Shown here in pieces: positions 31,254-40,428 of a stretch of DNA of 64,000 bases. Both the position numbers and the translations under genes were made by a program. This stretch comes from Alphaproteobacteria bacterium (lineage in GTDB: Bacteria; Pseudomonadota; Alphaproteobacteria; UBA828): positions 2,016,001 to 2,080,000 of the forward strand of contig OZ243972.1 in the NCBI GenBank assembly GCA_965214705.1, written 5' to 3'. The notes under the pieces are model-generated. The model was given only the letters and a program-made list of their open reading frames with translations, did no database searches and was not told the origin of the DNA. How positions within the stretch are numbered: the first letter of the stretch is position 1; the number at the start of each line of letters is the position of its first letter.

Positions 31254-31988
31254 CTAAGGCGTGAGGTCCACAGGCCCGAGAGCGATCTGCGCCGGAGAGT
31301 CGGTCAGCGCTTCCATCACCTTCCTCTGGCTGCCGCGCAGCGCTTTCTCGGTCAGTTCCGCGGCCCGCTCGCCATCACCCTCGATCAGCGCGTCGACCAG
31401 ATCGTCGTGGAAGTGGTGGAACTCGTGCTCCCGCCGCTGCATGGCGAGCCCCAAGTGCACGATGCGCTCGTGCTGCTCCATGAGGCCGACGACCAGGGTG
31501 ACCAGGCGCTGGTTGCCGGTGCACTCCGCGACGTAGCGGTGGAACTCGCGGTTGGCCCGCAGATAGGCCGCCTGGCCGGCCCTGTCGCCTTCCGGATAGG
31601 TCGCGTGCGCGGCCTCGTTCAGCGCGCGCAGGCGGACCGCATCCACCTTGCCGGCGGCGAGCCTCACGGCGGTGACGTCAAGCACGAGGCGGAGCTGAAA
31701 GATCTCCTGAATGTCGCGCAGCGTGACGGGGGAGACAGCGTTGCCCTGCCGGCCGCGTGAGACGATCAGCCCTTCCTGGCGCAGGCGCATCATGGCGCTG
31801 CGGATGGGCGCCTTGCTCATGCCGTAGCGCGCGACCAGCAGGCCCTCGGAGATTTCCTCTCCCGGCTGAAGGGCGCAGGAGATGATCTCGTCCTTGATCG
31901 TCGCGTAGGCGGTGTCGTTCAGGTTCTGCACGCCCGCCTGCTGCGGATTGACGGAGGCCGGGACCTTACCAGGCTCGCTTGTTGGCAT
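31254..31988 (-). CDS. GntR family transcriptional regulator (FadR/FCD type)
   Basis: LQPGEEISE..MSKAPIRSA HTH; ANREFH..GNQRL FCD domain; start position uncertain. Confidence 0.88.
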   Translation of the reverse strand: MPTSEPGKVPASVNPQQAGVQNLNDTAYATIKDEIISCALQPGEEISEGLLVARYGMSKAPIRSAMMRLRQEGLIVSRGRQGNAVSPVTLRDIQEIFQLRLVLDVTAVRLAAGKVDAVRLRALNEAAHATYPEGDRAGQAAYLRANREFHRYVAECTGNQRLVTLVVGLMEQHERIVHLGLAMQRREHEFHHFHDDLVDALIEGDGERAAELTEKALRGSQRKVMEALTDSPAQIALGPVDLTP

Positions 31989-32211
31989 GGATGCTCGGGC
32001 CCTTGCCGGCTGACCAGCGCGCTGTTTGCTCCGAGCGTAACGCATGTGCTTGCCGGCTACGAGGGGCGGCAGCATGTTGACACCCTTTGGGGCGTCGCGC
32101 GGTTCTAGCCGGCGCCCCTTGCGCTCACGCATTGCGGCTCGGCAACCGGCGCCGCTTGCTTCAGCATACTGATCGTCTAGGCTCGGCCCCCCACTCCAAG
32201 GGAGAGCCCCG

Positions 32212-32730
32212 ATGAGCCAGGCCGCCGCTTCCGTCACCCGCATCTCGGCGCCAAGTGCCCACCCCTTCTCGCCGCCCGATATCGTGCTCGCGACCGACCC
32301 TGAGGACGAGCGCATCTGGGTGCCGCTGAAGGAGGGCGTCTGGCTGCGCCCGCTGATGTACAACACCGTGCAAGGCGGCTGGTGCGAGGTGGTCAAGGTC
32401 ACGGGCGGCGGCTTCGTCTCGCGCCACCGGCACCCGGCGCCGGTCCATGGCCTCGTGCTCAAGGGCGCCTTCCGCTATCTCGAGCACGACTGGATCGCCG
32501 ATCAGGGCACCTACATCTACGAGCCACCGGGCGAGGTGCACACCCTCGTGGTCGACGACGACTGCCCCGAGATGCACTGCTTCTTCGCGATCTCGGGCTC
32601 GGTCAACTATGTGGACGAGGAAGGCCAGGACGTCCGCGCCGAGGATGTCTTCCACCGCCTCGACCGCGCGCGTGAGCACTACGAGGAGGTCGGCCTCGGC
32701 GCCGACTACGTGAAGAACTTCGTGCGCTGA
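32212..32730 (+). CDS. cupin protein, 2,4'-dihydroxyacetophenone dioxygenase / ChrR-like family
   Basis: DERIWVP, RHRHPAPVHGLVLKG, YLEHDW, YEPPGEVHTL. Confidence 0.8.
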   Translation: MSQAAASVTRISAPSAHPFSPPDIVLATDPEDERIWVPLKEGVWLRPLMYNTVQGGWCEVVKVTGGGFVSRHRHPAPVHGLVLKGAFRYLEHDWIADQGTYIYEPPGEVHTLVVDDDCPEMHCFFAISGSVNYVDEEGQDVRAEDVFHRLDRAREHYEEVGLGADYVKNFVR

Positions 32731-32781
32731 GCACGTGCCGGGGATCGCTTGCTCAAGGCATCGGGAGGCGGAGGCATCGCA

Positions 32782-32994
32782 ATGCAAGAGGGGTTCGCGG
32801 CGGTCGTAAAGCAATCCGGTCCCTGGTGGATCGGATGGATCGAAGAAATTCCCGGTGTCAATTGCCAGGGGCGCACCAGAGAAGAGCTGCTGGAAACGCT
32901 TCGGGTAACCTTGCGTGAGGCATTGGAGCTCAATCGCCGTGAGGCCATCGAGGCCGCCGGGCACGATTATGAGGAAGCAACGGTCGTCATATGA
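32782..32994 (+). CDS. HicB-like antitoxin (short form)
   Basis: WWIGWIEEIPGVNCQGRTREELLETLR; ggagg RBS. Confidence 0.82.
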   Translation: MQEGFAAVVKQSGPWWIGWIEEIPGVNCQGRTREELLETLRVTLREALELNRREAIEAAGHDYEEATVVI

Positions 32995-33086
32995 AACGCC
33001 GCAAACTCGTGCGGCACCTGCGACAACATCACTCGTGTCACGCCCTCACTTGCGGTAGTGCATGGCAACGCCTGCCGCACCTATAA
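32991..33086 (+). pseudogene. truncated HicA-like toxin
   Basis: ATGA overlap with hicB; starts MKRRKLVRHLRQH like HicA, then loses similarity and stops after 31 codons. Confidence 0.6.
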
Positions 33087-33119
33087 TGCGCCGCCGGTGA
33101 GCGAGGGGGAGCAGCCACC

Positions 33120-33998
33120 ATGTATCCAGCACCGATCGACGAGTATGTGCGGCCGGCGACGGTCGCGGACGCGCTCGCCGCACTCGGCCGCTACGACGAA
33201 GGCGACGCGGTCTTCGTGGCCGGCGGCCAGAGCCTCATGCAGGCGGTCAAGGCGCGGCTGGTCCGCCCACGCTGCCTGATCGACCTCCAGGCGGTGGATG
33301 GGCTCGCCGGCATCGATGTCGGCACGGACGGGGTCCGCATCGGGCCGATGACCCGCTACGCGGAGATCGCCCGTGACGAGCGCCTCACCGGCGCCTGCGC
33401 CGCGCTCCGCGACGCGGCCCAGCGCGTTGGCGACCGGCAGGTGCGCAACCGGGGCACCATCGGCGGCAGCCTCTGCTGGAACTATGTCGCCGCCTGCATG
33501 CCGCCCACCGTGATCGGGTTGGGTGCTGAGCTGGAACTGACGGCGGCCGACGGCGGCACGCGCACCCTCGCAGCGGAAGACTTCATCGGCGGCCCGCTGG
33601 AGACGGCGCGGGAGGAGAACGAGATCCTCACGGCCATCACCATCCCGGCGGCCAAGGGGAGCGCCGGCAGCGCCTACAAGAAGTGGGGCCTCGTCACCGA
33701 CGCGCTGCCGGTGATCGGGGTCTGCGTCGCGTTGGAGGCGGCCGACGGGCGCTGCACCAGCGCGCGCGTCGCTGTCGGCGGGCTCGCGAACGGGCCCACG
33801 CGCTCGGGCGCTGCCGAGGAGGCGCTGGTCGGCGTCGCCGCCGGCGATGGAGACGGCATCGCGGCGGCGCTCGCCAAGGCCGCAGACGAGATCGAGACCC
33901 AGGAGGATCTCTGGGCCGATAGCGACTATCGCAAGCAGTTGATTCGCTCGCTGGGTGCCGAGGTCACGGCCACGGCCTTCGCGCGAGCGGCGGGCTAG
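33120..33998 (+). CDS. molybdenum hydroxylase FAD-binding subunit (CoxM/CutM-like)
   Basis: AGGQSL, QVRNRGTIGGS, SDYRKQL. Confidence 0.9.
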   Translation: MYPAPIDEYVRPATVADALAALGRYDEGDAVFVAGGQSLMQAVKARLVRPRCLIDLQAVDGLAGIDVGTDGVRIGPMTRYAEIARDERLTGACAALRDAAQRVGDRQVRNRGTIGGSLCWNYVAACMPPTVIGLGAELELTAADGGTRTLAAEDFIGGPLETAREENEILTAITIPAAKGSAGSAYKKWGLVTDALPVIGVCVALEAADGRCTSARVAVGGLANGPTRSGAAEEALVGVAAGDGDGIAAALAKAADEIETQEDLWADSDYRKQLIRSLGAEVTATAFARAAG

Positions 33999-34020
33999 GA
34001 GCGGGGAGAGGAATCCAGCA

Positions 34021-34494
34021 ATGAGCACCACCACGATCACGGTGACGATCAACGGCGAGGTCTTCGAGGAGACCGTGCCGGTCCGCATGCTGCTGGTCGA
34101 CTTCATCCGCGAGCGCGCGGCGCTCACCGGCACCCACATCGGCTGCACCTACGAGGGCGTCTGCGGCGCCTGCACGGTCCAGATCGATGGCGAGGCGGTG
34201 AAGTCCTGCCTGATGGTCGCCGCCCAGGCCGACGGGCACGAGATCACCACCGTCGAGGGTCTGGCCCAGGGCGGCGAGCTCTCGCCCCTGCAGCGCGCCT
34301 TCAACGAGCAGCACGCCCTGCAGTGCGGCTACTGCACGCCGGGCATCCTGATGAACATGGACGAGTTCCTGCGCGAGAACCCGGACCCGACGGACGACGA
34401 GATCCGTCACGGGCTGGTCGGCAATCTCTGCCGGTGCACCGGCTATGCGCACATCGTCGACGCGGTCCGTCAGGCCGCGAAAGAGACCAGGTGA
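34021..34494 (+). CDS. molybdenum hydroxylase [2Fe-2S] subunit (CoxS-like)
   Basis: GCTYEGVCGACTV, QCGYCTPG, GNLCRCTGY. Confidence 0.93.
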   Translation: MSTTTITVTINGEVFEETVPVRMLLVDFIRERAALTGTHIGCTYEGVCGACTVQIDGEAVKSCLMVAAQADGHEITTVEGLAQGGELSPLQRAFNEQHALQCGYCTPGILMNMDEFLRENPDPTDDEIRHGLVGNLCRCTGYAHIVDAVRQAAKETR

Positions 34495-36908
34495 CGGAGG
34501 CGAAGCGGATGACCGGGACAAGCGAAGGCTGGGTCGGCAGCCACTTCCACCGCAAGGAAGACCACCGCCTCATCACCGGCAAGGGGCGGTTCCTGGCCGA
34601 TATCGCGCGGCCGGGCGCGCTCCACATCGTGTTCAAGCGGAGCGATCACGCGCATGCCACGATAAAGAGCGTCGACGTGAGCGCGGCCGAGGCGATGGCG
34701 GGCGTTGTCGCGGTCGTCACCGGCGACGACATCAAGGACGAGATACTGCCCATGCCGCAGCCGGTGGTGCAGCCCGCGCTGCCCGCCACCTACCCAAAGC
34801 ACTGGCCGCTCGCGGTCGGCAAGGTGAAGTGGCACGGCGAGCCGGTGGCGGCGGTGATCGCCCGCGATCCCTACGTCGCTGCAGACGCGGCCGAGGCCAT
34901 CGAGGTCGATTACGACCCGCTGCCCTACGTCGGCGATGCCGAGAGCGCGCTCGCGGACGGCGCCACCATCGTCCACGAGGACTGGCCCGACAACATCATC
35001 TTCCAGATGGATTTCACCGGCGGCGCCGACGAGGAAAGCCAGCGGGCGCACGAGGCCAAGGTTCAGGAGGTCTTCGACGGCGCGGATATCGTGATCAAGC
35101 AGCGCTTCACCTGCCACCGCTGCGGCGTAGCGCCGATGGAGACCAGAGGCGCGCTCTTCGAGTGGGACGAGTCGGATGGCCTGACCGGCTGGCTCACCAC
35201 CCAGCGGCCCCATATCGACCGCCTTGCGCTCTCGGACATCCTCGAAATCCCCGCCGAGAAGATCCGCATCATCGCGCCGCGCGACCAGGGTGGCGGCTTC
35301 GGCGTCAAGGCGCCGTTCTACCGCGAGCCCATGCTGATCGCTTACATGGCGAAGAAGCTTGGCCGTCCGATCCGCTGGATCGAAACCCGCCAGGAACACC
35401 TGATGGCGGTGAGCCAGGAGCGCGACCAGATTCACGATCTCGAGGTCGCGGCAGCGAGTGACGGCAAGCTGCTCGCGATCCGCGATCGCGGCCTCGCCGA
35501 CTGCGGCGACGGCTGCGAGGGGGTCTACTGGGGCTTCCTGATGCCCTTCCTCGGCGCGGTCGAGCTGCCCAACGCCTACGACTGGCCGATCGGCGACATC
35601 AAGGTGAAGGTCGCCATCACCAACAAGTCGGCGCTCTCGCCGGCCCGCGCCTTCGGCGAGTTTCCCACGCGCTTCGCCATGGAGCGCGCCATCGACATGG
35701 TGGCCAAGCGCTGCGGCATGGAGCCGGCGGACGTGCGCCGCAAGAACCTGGTCGCCACGCTCCCCCACATGTCGATTACCAACGAGTATTTCGACAGCGG
35801 CGACTTCATCAAGGTGTGGGACAACCTGATGGCAGAGGCCGACCTGCCGGGCTTCCGCGCGCGCCAGGCGGAGGCGCGGGCCGAAGGCCGCTATCTCGGC
35901 ATCGGCTTCGGCCTCGGCGTGGAGCTTTCGGGCGTCGCCTCCGAGCTGTTCGTGCCGATGGAGAACCAGCCGGGCTATGGTGCGGCGACGGTGCGGCTCG
36001 ACCCGCGCGGCAAGGTGCTGGTGTTCGAGGGCGACGCGCCCGGCGGGCAGGGGCACGAGACCACGGTGGCCCAGGCGGTCGCCCACAGCTTTGGCATCCA
36101 CCCCAACGACGTGGTGGTGACCACCGGGGACACGGGCACCACGCCTTTCGGCTCCGGCACCGTCGGCGCCCGCGCCGGTTCCTACTTCGTCAGCGCCGCG
36201 GTCCAGGCCTGCGACTTCCTGAAGGACAAGATCGGGCGCATCATGGCCCACGATCTGGCCCTTGCGGACACGTCGCCGGCGGACTTCGAGTTCAGGGACG
36301 GCTTCGTCACCTACCAGAAGGACGCGAACATCAAGAAGACGTTCCGCGAGGCGGTGGAGCGCGTCATCATGGCGCCGATCAACCTGCCTGAAGGCGAATC
36401 CGGCGGCCTGGAGCATACCGCCTTCTTCGAGGCCGAGAAGCCGATGATCGCCTTCAACGCCGATGTCTGCACGGTCGAGGTCGATATCGAGACCGGCCAG
36501 TTCAAGATCCTGAGCTGGACCACGTCGGAGGACGTGGGGCAGATCATCAACCCGCAGATCGTCGAGGGGCAGATGCAGGGTGCCATCGTCCAGGGGCTGT
36601 CGAACACCATGTTCGAGGAGTTCGTCTACGACGAGAACGGCCAGCAGCTCACCGCCGATTTCGAGAACTACAAGCTCGCGACTGCGGCCGATGTGCCGGA
36701 CATCAAGGTGACCCATGCGCCGACGCCCTGCCCGTACACGCCGCTCGGCAGCCGCGGCATCGGCGAGGGGCGGCCGTCCGACGTGCCGGGCACGCTCTGC
36801 AACGCGATCTGCGATGCGCTTGAGCCTTTCGGCATCGAGATCACGGACCTGCCGCTCAGGCCGGATTCGCTCTGGCGCAAGATCCAGGCGGCGCGCGGGG
36901 CCTCCTAG
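34491..36908 (+). CDS. xanthine dehydrogenase-family molybdopterin-binding large subunit
   Basis: RKEDHRLITGKG, GGGFGVK, GQGHETT, INPQIVEGQ, RGIGEG (catalytic Glu). Confidence 0.92.
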   Translation: MTEAKRMTGTSEGWVGSHFHRKEDHRLITGKGRFLADIARPGALHIVFKRSDHAHATIKSVDVSAAEAMAGVVAVVTGDDIKDEILPMPQPVVQPALPATYPKHWPLAVGKVKWHGEPVAAVIARDPYVAADAAEAIEVDYDPLPYVGDAESALADGATIVHEDWPDNIIFQMDFTGGADEESQRAHEAKVQEVFDGADIVIKQRFTCHRCGVAPMETRGALFEWDESDGLTGWLTTQRPHIDRLALSDILEIPAEKIRIIAPRDQGGGFGVKAPFYREPMLIAYMAKKLGRPIRWIETRQEHLMAVSQERDQIHDLEVAAASDGKLLAIRDRGLADCGDGCEGVYWGFLMPFLGAVELPNAYDWPIGDIKVKVAITNKSALSPARAFGEFPTRFAMERAIDMVAKRCGMEPADVRRKNLVATLPHMSITNEYFDSGDFIKVWDNLMAEADLPGFRARQAEARAEGRYLGIGFGLGVELSGVASELFVPMENQPGYGAATVRLDPRGKVLVFEGDAPGGQGHETTVAQAVAHSFGIHPNDVVVTTGDTGTTPFGSGTVGARAGSYFVSAAVQACDFLKDKIGRIMAHDLALADTSPADFEFRDGFVTYQKDANIKKTFREAVERVIMAPINLPEGESGGLEHTAFFEAEKPMIAFNADVCTVEVDIETGQFKILSWTTSEDVGQIINPQIVEGQMQGAIVQGLSNTMFEEFVYDENGQQLTADFENYKLATAADVPDIKVTHAPTPCPYTPLGSRGIGEGRPSDVPGTLCNAICDALEPFGIEITDLPLRPDSLWRKIQAARGAS

Positions 36909-36944
36909 GCCGTATCCCCCTGCCGTGCCGCGCGGATAGGGGCG

Positions 36945-38291
36945 ATGGCGGGAGACAGAGTACGGATCGGCTCCGGCGCGGGCTTCGCCGGCGACCGCTG
37001 GGAGCCGGCGGTCGAGTTGGTCGAACGCGGCGGCATCGACTACATCGCCTTCGAGTGCCTGGCCGAGCGCACCATCGCGCGCGAAACCCTCGCGCTGCGG
37101 CGGGGGCAGGGGAGCGGCTACAACCCCCAGCTTGAGGACCGTATGCGCGCGGTGCTGCCGCCGGCCGCGACGCAGGGCGTGCGCGTGCTCAGCAACATGG
37201 GCGCCGCCGATCCGCTGGCGGCGGGCCGCAAGACGGCCGAGATCGCGGCCGAGCTCGGGCTCGACGATCGCCGTTGCGCGGTGCTGCTGGGCGACGATGT
37301 GCGGGGCGCCGTCACCGCCCGCCCCGACCTGCCGCTGATGGAGACCGGCGCGCCGCTGGAGAGCATCCTGCCGCGTATGGCGTCTGCGAACGCCTACTTG
37401 GGGGCCGACGCGGTGACGTCGGCGCTGGAAACGGGGGCGCCGGTGGTAGTGACCGGCCGGGTCGCCGACCCCTCGCTCTTCGTCGGCCCCATCATCCATG
37501 CGCTGGGCTGGGATTACGACGACTACGTCAGTCTCGCGCAGGCCACGGCGACGGGTCACCTGCTTGAATGCGCGGGCCAGGTGACCGGCGGCTACTTCGC
37601 CGACCCCGGCGTCAAGGACGTGGCCGGCCTCGCGCGCCTCGGCTTCCCTTTCGCCGACGTGAGCGATGCAGGCTCGGTCACCATCGGCAAGTGCGCCGGC
37701 TCAGGCGGGCGCATCGACGCCGCCACCTGCACCGAGCAGCTGCTCTACGAGGTCGACGATCCGTCGGCCTACGTCACGCCCGACTGCGTGCTGGACATGA
37801 CCGGCATCGCCTTTCGTGAGGTCGGGCCCGACCGCGTGGCGGTCTCAGGTGCGCGGGCGCAGCCGCGCACCGATACCTACAAGGTGAGCATCGGCTATTT
37901 CGACGGCTACCTGGGCGAGGGACTGCTCTCCTACGGCGGACCCAACGCGGTCGCTCGCGCCCGGCTCGCTGGCGAGATCGTGGCCGAGAGGCTGCGCCTG
38001 CGCGGCTTCGCCTACAACGCGTTGGATGCCCGCCTGATCGGGATCGACAGCCTGCACGGGCCTGGCGCGGGCCGGCCCGAGCCCTACGAGGTCAGGCTCC
38101 GCGTCACCGGCCGCACGCAGGACAGGAAGGCGGCAGAAGCGGTGGGCTTCGAGGTCGCGGCGCTTTACACCAACGGGCCGGCGGGCGGGGCAGGGGACGC
38201 GGCGAGCGTGCGCGAGATCCTCGCGGTGCAGTCCGTGCTGCTGCCGCGCCATCTGGTCACGCCCCGCGTCGAGGTGGCGGACGCCGGCTGA
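36945..38291 (+). CDS. AtuA family (DUF1446) protein
   Basis: RIGSGAGFAGDR, ECLAERT, ANAYLG, TGRVAD, GHLLECAGQVTGG, EQLLYE. Confidence 0.88.
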   Translation: MAGDRVRIGSGAGFAGDRWEPAVELVERGGIDYIAFECLAERTIARETLALRRGQGSGYNPQLEDRMRAVLPPAATQGVRVLSNMGAADPLAAGRKTAEIAAELGLDDRRCAVLLGDDVRGAVTARPDLPLMETGAPLESILPRMASANAYLGADAVTSALETGAPVVVTGRVADPSLFVGPIIHALGWDYDDYVSLAQATATGHLLECAGQVTGGYFADPGVKDVAGLARLGFPFADVSDAGSVTIGKCAGSGGRIDAATCTEQLLYEVDDPSAYVTPDCVLDMTGIAFREVGPDRVAVSGARAQPRTDTYKVSIGYFDGYLGEGLLSYGGPNAVARARLAGEIVAERLRLRGFAYNALDARLIGIDSLHGPGAGRPEPYEVRLRVTGRTQDRKAAEAVGFEVAALYTNGPAGGAGDAASVREILAVQSVLLPRHLVTPRVEVADAG

Positions 38292-38626
38292 TGCTGATCG
38301 TCCACGACCTCGCCCACGCCCGCGCCGGCGACAAGGGGCATTCCGTCAACGTCTCGGTGACCGCCTATGACGAGGCGGGCTACGAGCGGCTCAAGCGCGA
38401 ACTGACCGAAGCGCGCGTGGCGGCGGCCTTCGCCGCGCTCGCGGACGGCCCGGTGCGCCGCTACGCCCTGCCGGGGCTCGGGGCGTTCAACTTCGTCATC
38501 GAGCGGGTGCAGGGCGGCGGCGTCACCGCGACCGGCGCGCTCGACATCCACGGCAAGAGCCTGTCCTCGCTGATGCTCACGATCCCGCTGCCCGGCAACG
38601 AGCCGGAGGGCGAGACGCCGGGCTGA
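38291..38626 (+). CDS. AtuA C-terminal-like small protein
   Basis: LAHARAGDKG, RYALPGLGAFNFV, GGGV, DIHGKSLS. Confidence 0.85.
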   Translation: MLIVHDLAHARAGDKGHSVNVSVTAYDEAGYERLKRELTEARVAAAFAALADGPVRRYALPGLGAFNFVIERVQGGGVTATGALDIHGKSLSSLMLTIPLPGNEPEGETPG

Positions 38627-38636
38627 CTCGAGAATC

Positions 38637-39221
38637 TCACAAGGGCCAGGGTCTGCCCGGCATGCGAAGCCCCACGCCGCGCTCTGGTGGGATCTTAGGG
38701 ACGCCTGTTGTTCTTGAGGCTACGCAGTCTTTGGCGGTGCACGCCGGCTCGCATTCCTCGTATACCGAACACACTTCGTAACGCACATCAAGTCTTTCAT
38801 GAAGAAACTCATCGAACCGCTCAAAAAGTGGAGGATTAACTGTCTCTGGTTCGACCCTAAGAATAACTTTCTGTCTTCCCACACCCAGATAACTGCCGAA
38901 CGATAAGTCGATGTAACCCGGAGGCGTATTTCCTACAATTAAGCCCTCTTCCTGCATCTTCTTGACAACCGATTCCATATCGCTCGTCTGCCCGTCCAAC
39001 TCTACAGATTTGTAGTTGATCTTAGCGGGGCCGGAGCCTTCATTCATCAGGAGAATCCCCAACATTTCACGCCCTGTATCACTCGTGATCACGGGCAATA
39101 CCCAAGGTGTAGCTGTCAATCTATGATGCTCTCTGGTCTCGATGCTTGTCCAGACCAGAGCCGCCGCAGTTACAATAGAGACCACGAGACCGGCCCATGC
39201 TATCAAGTTCTTTAGCTTCAT
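38637..39221 (-). CDS. hypothetical protein with an N-terminal membrane anchor
   Basis: 194-aa ORF with RBS, visibly lower GC than neighbours, NEGSGPAKI segment. Confidence 0.6.
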   Translation of the reverse strand: MKLKNLIAWAGLVVSIVTAAALVWTSIETREHHRLTATPWVLPVITSDTGREMLGILLMNEGSGPAKINYKSVELDGQTSDMESVVKKMQEEGLIVGNTPPGYIDLSFGSYLGVGRQKVILRVEPETVNPPLFERFDEFLHERLDVRYEVCSVYEECEPACTAKDCVASRTTGVPKIPPERGVGLRMPGRPWPL

Positions 39222-39394
39222 GAGTTTTTTCCTTCGGCCTTAGTCCTGACCGCTTGCTGAAACGGCGGAGAGCTACAGTATCTCGCCGCGTCGGAGGTGC
39301 GACGATTTTGTCCCTCCCGCGTTGGAGCGTCCACAACGGAGGAATGTTCGCATACTCCGCCTGTAATGCTATCGATTGCGGCGACACGAACGAC

Positions 39395-39504
39395 TCCCAC
39401 CTCCCCCTGTCCCCCTCCCCCGAAGGCGGAGGGGGAACGTAGGTGGCGCTGCCTACTTTCCCTCTCCGCCCCTGGGGGCGGAAAGGGTCGGGGTGAGGTG
39501 GGGG
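39395..39504. repeat. palindromic extragenic repeat (REP/RIME-like, CCCTC..GAGGG type)
   Basis: Two inversely oriented hairpin units ccccctcccccgaaggcggaggggg and ccctctccgcccctgggggcggaaaggg with outer cccacctc/gaggtggg arms. Confidence 0.6.
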
Positions 39505-39592
39505 TTTCTCGGGCCGCACTGCATGCGAAATGAGGAACAGTGCGGTAAGTGGGTGCGAACCCGTCCGGTCGGATGGCGCTCCAGGCGCGCCG

Positions 39593-40036
39593 CTAAGCGG
39601 CCGTATCGAGCCAGATCGTGACCGGGCCGTCGTTGACGAGGTGGACCTGCATCTCCTGCCCGAAGCGTCCGGTCTGGACCGGCACGCCGTGCTCGGCGAG
39701 GGAGGCGGCGAAGAGCTCGTAGAGCCGCTCGCCCTCATCCGGCGGGGCGGCGTGGGAGAAGCCCGGCCGGTTGCCGCGGCTGGTGTCGGCCGCCAGCGTG
39801 AACTGGCTCACGACCAGGGCGCTGCCTTCGCTCTTCAGGATCGAGAGGTTCATCTTGCCGGGCTCGCTCTCGAAGATGCGCAGGTTGGCGGTCTTGCGCG
39901 CAAGGAACTGCGCCTGCTCGTCGCCGTCGCCCTGCATCGCGCAGACCAGAACCAGCATGCCGTTGGCGATCTCGGCGACGGTCTCGCCTGCGATATCGAC
40001 GCGGGCTTGCGAGACCCGCTGGATCAGCGCCCTCAT
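39593..40036 (-). CDS. dtd: D-aminoacyl-tRNA deacylase
   Basis: [25 protein letters not shown]. Confidence 0.95.
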   Translation of the reverse strand: MRALIQRVSQARVDIAGETVAEIANGMLVLVCAMQGDGDEQAQFLARKTANLRIFESEPGKMNLSILKSEGSALVVSQFTLAADTSRGNRPGFSHAAPPDEGERLYELFAASLAEHGVPVQTGRFGQEMQVHLVNDGPVTIWLDTAA

Positions 40037-40326
40037 GTCTCGATCGGCGCGTGGTAGGTGCGCACGGGCGCCTCGGCAAGCAGGGCCAGGAAGTCATCCA
40101 GCGCACCGGCCTCCTCCAGGGAGGCGAGGGAGGCCTTGTGCGCCTCCGCCGAGGTCCATTCCTCGACGATGATCAGCCTGTCCGGCGTGACGGCATCGAC
40201 CACGAGCTCGACGCGAGAGCAGCCCTCCAATCCGGGGTTCTCGCCCACGAAGGGCGTGAGCATCTCGACCACCTCCTGTCGCTTGCCCGGCTTCGCGGTC
40301 GCGCGCACCAGCACCAACACGCTCAT
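40033..40326 (-). CDS. antibiotic biosynthesis monooxygenase (ABM) domain protein
   Basis: [17 protein letters not shown]; 97 aa. Confidence 0.75.
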   Translation of the reverse strand: MSVLVLVRATAKPGKRQEVVEMLTPFVGENPGLEGCSRVELVVDAVTPDRLIIVEEWTSAEAHKASLASLEEAGALDDFLALLAEAPVRTYHAPIET

Positions 40327-40428
40327 CTCTCTCCCTCCCTCAAACGGCAGGCGCATGGAGGCCGGGGCTGCGCGCCCCGGCCCCATGTGCCTCGGCTACA
40401 AGGCTATATGGAGTGGAGTCCTGTCAAG

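Noticed and set aside
33120-36908. Aerobic CO dehydrogenase (coxMSL)
   Set aside because: The large subunit lacks the AYxCSFR loop and no cox accessory genes are adjacent
34470-37559. 1029-aa minus-strand ORF and similar long antisense ORFs (5372-7105, 11023-12834, 48054-50372, 50635-52977)
   Set aside because: Shadows of well-supported genes on the opposite strand, expected in high-GC DNA; no motifs
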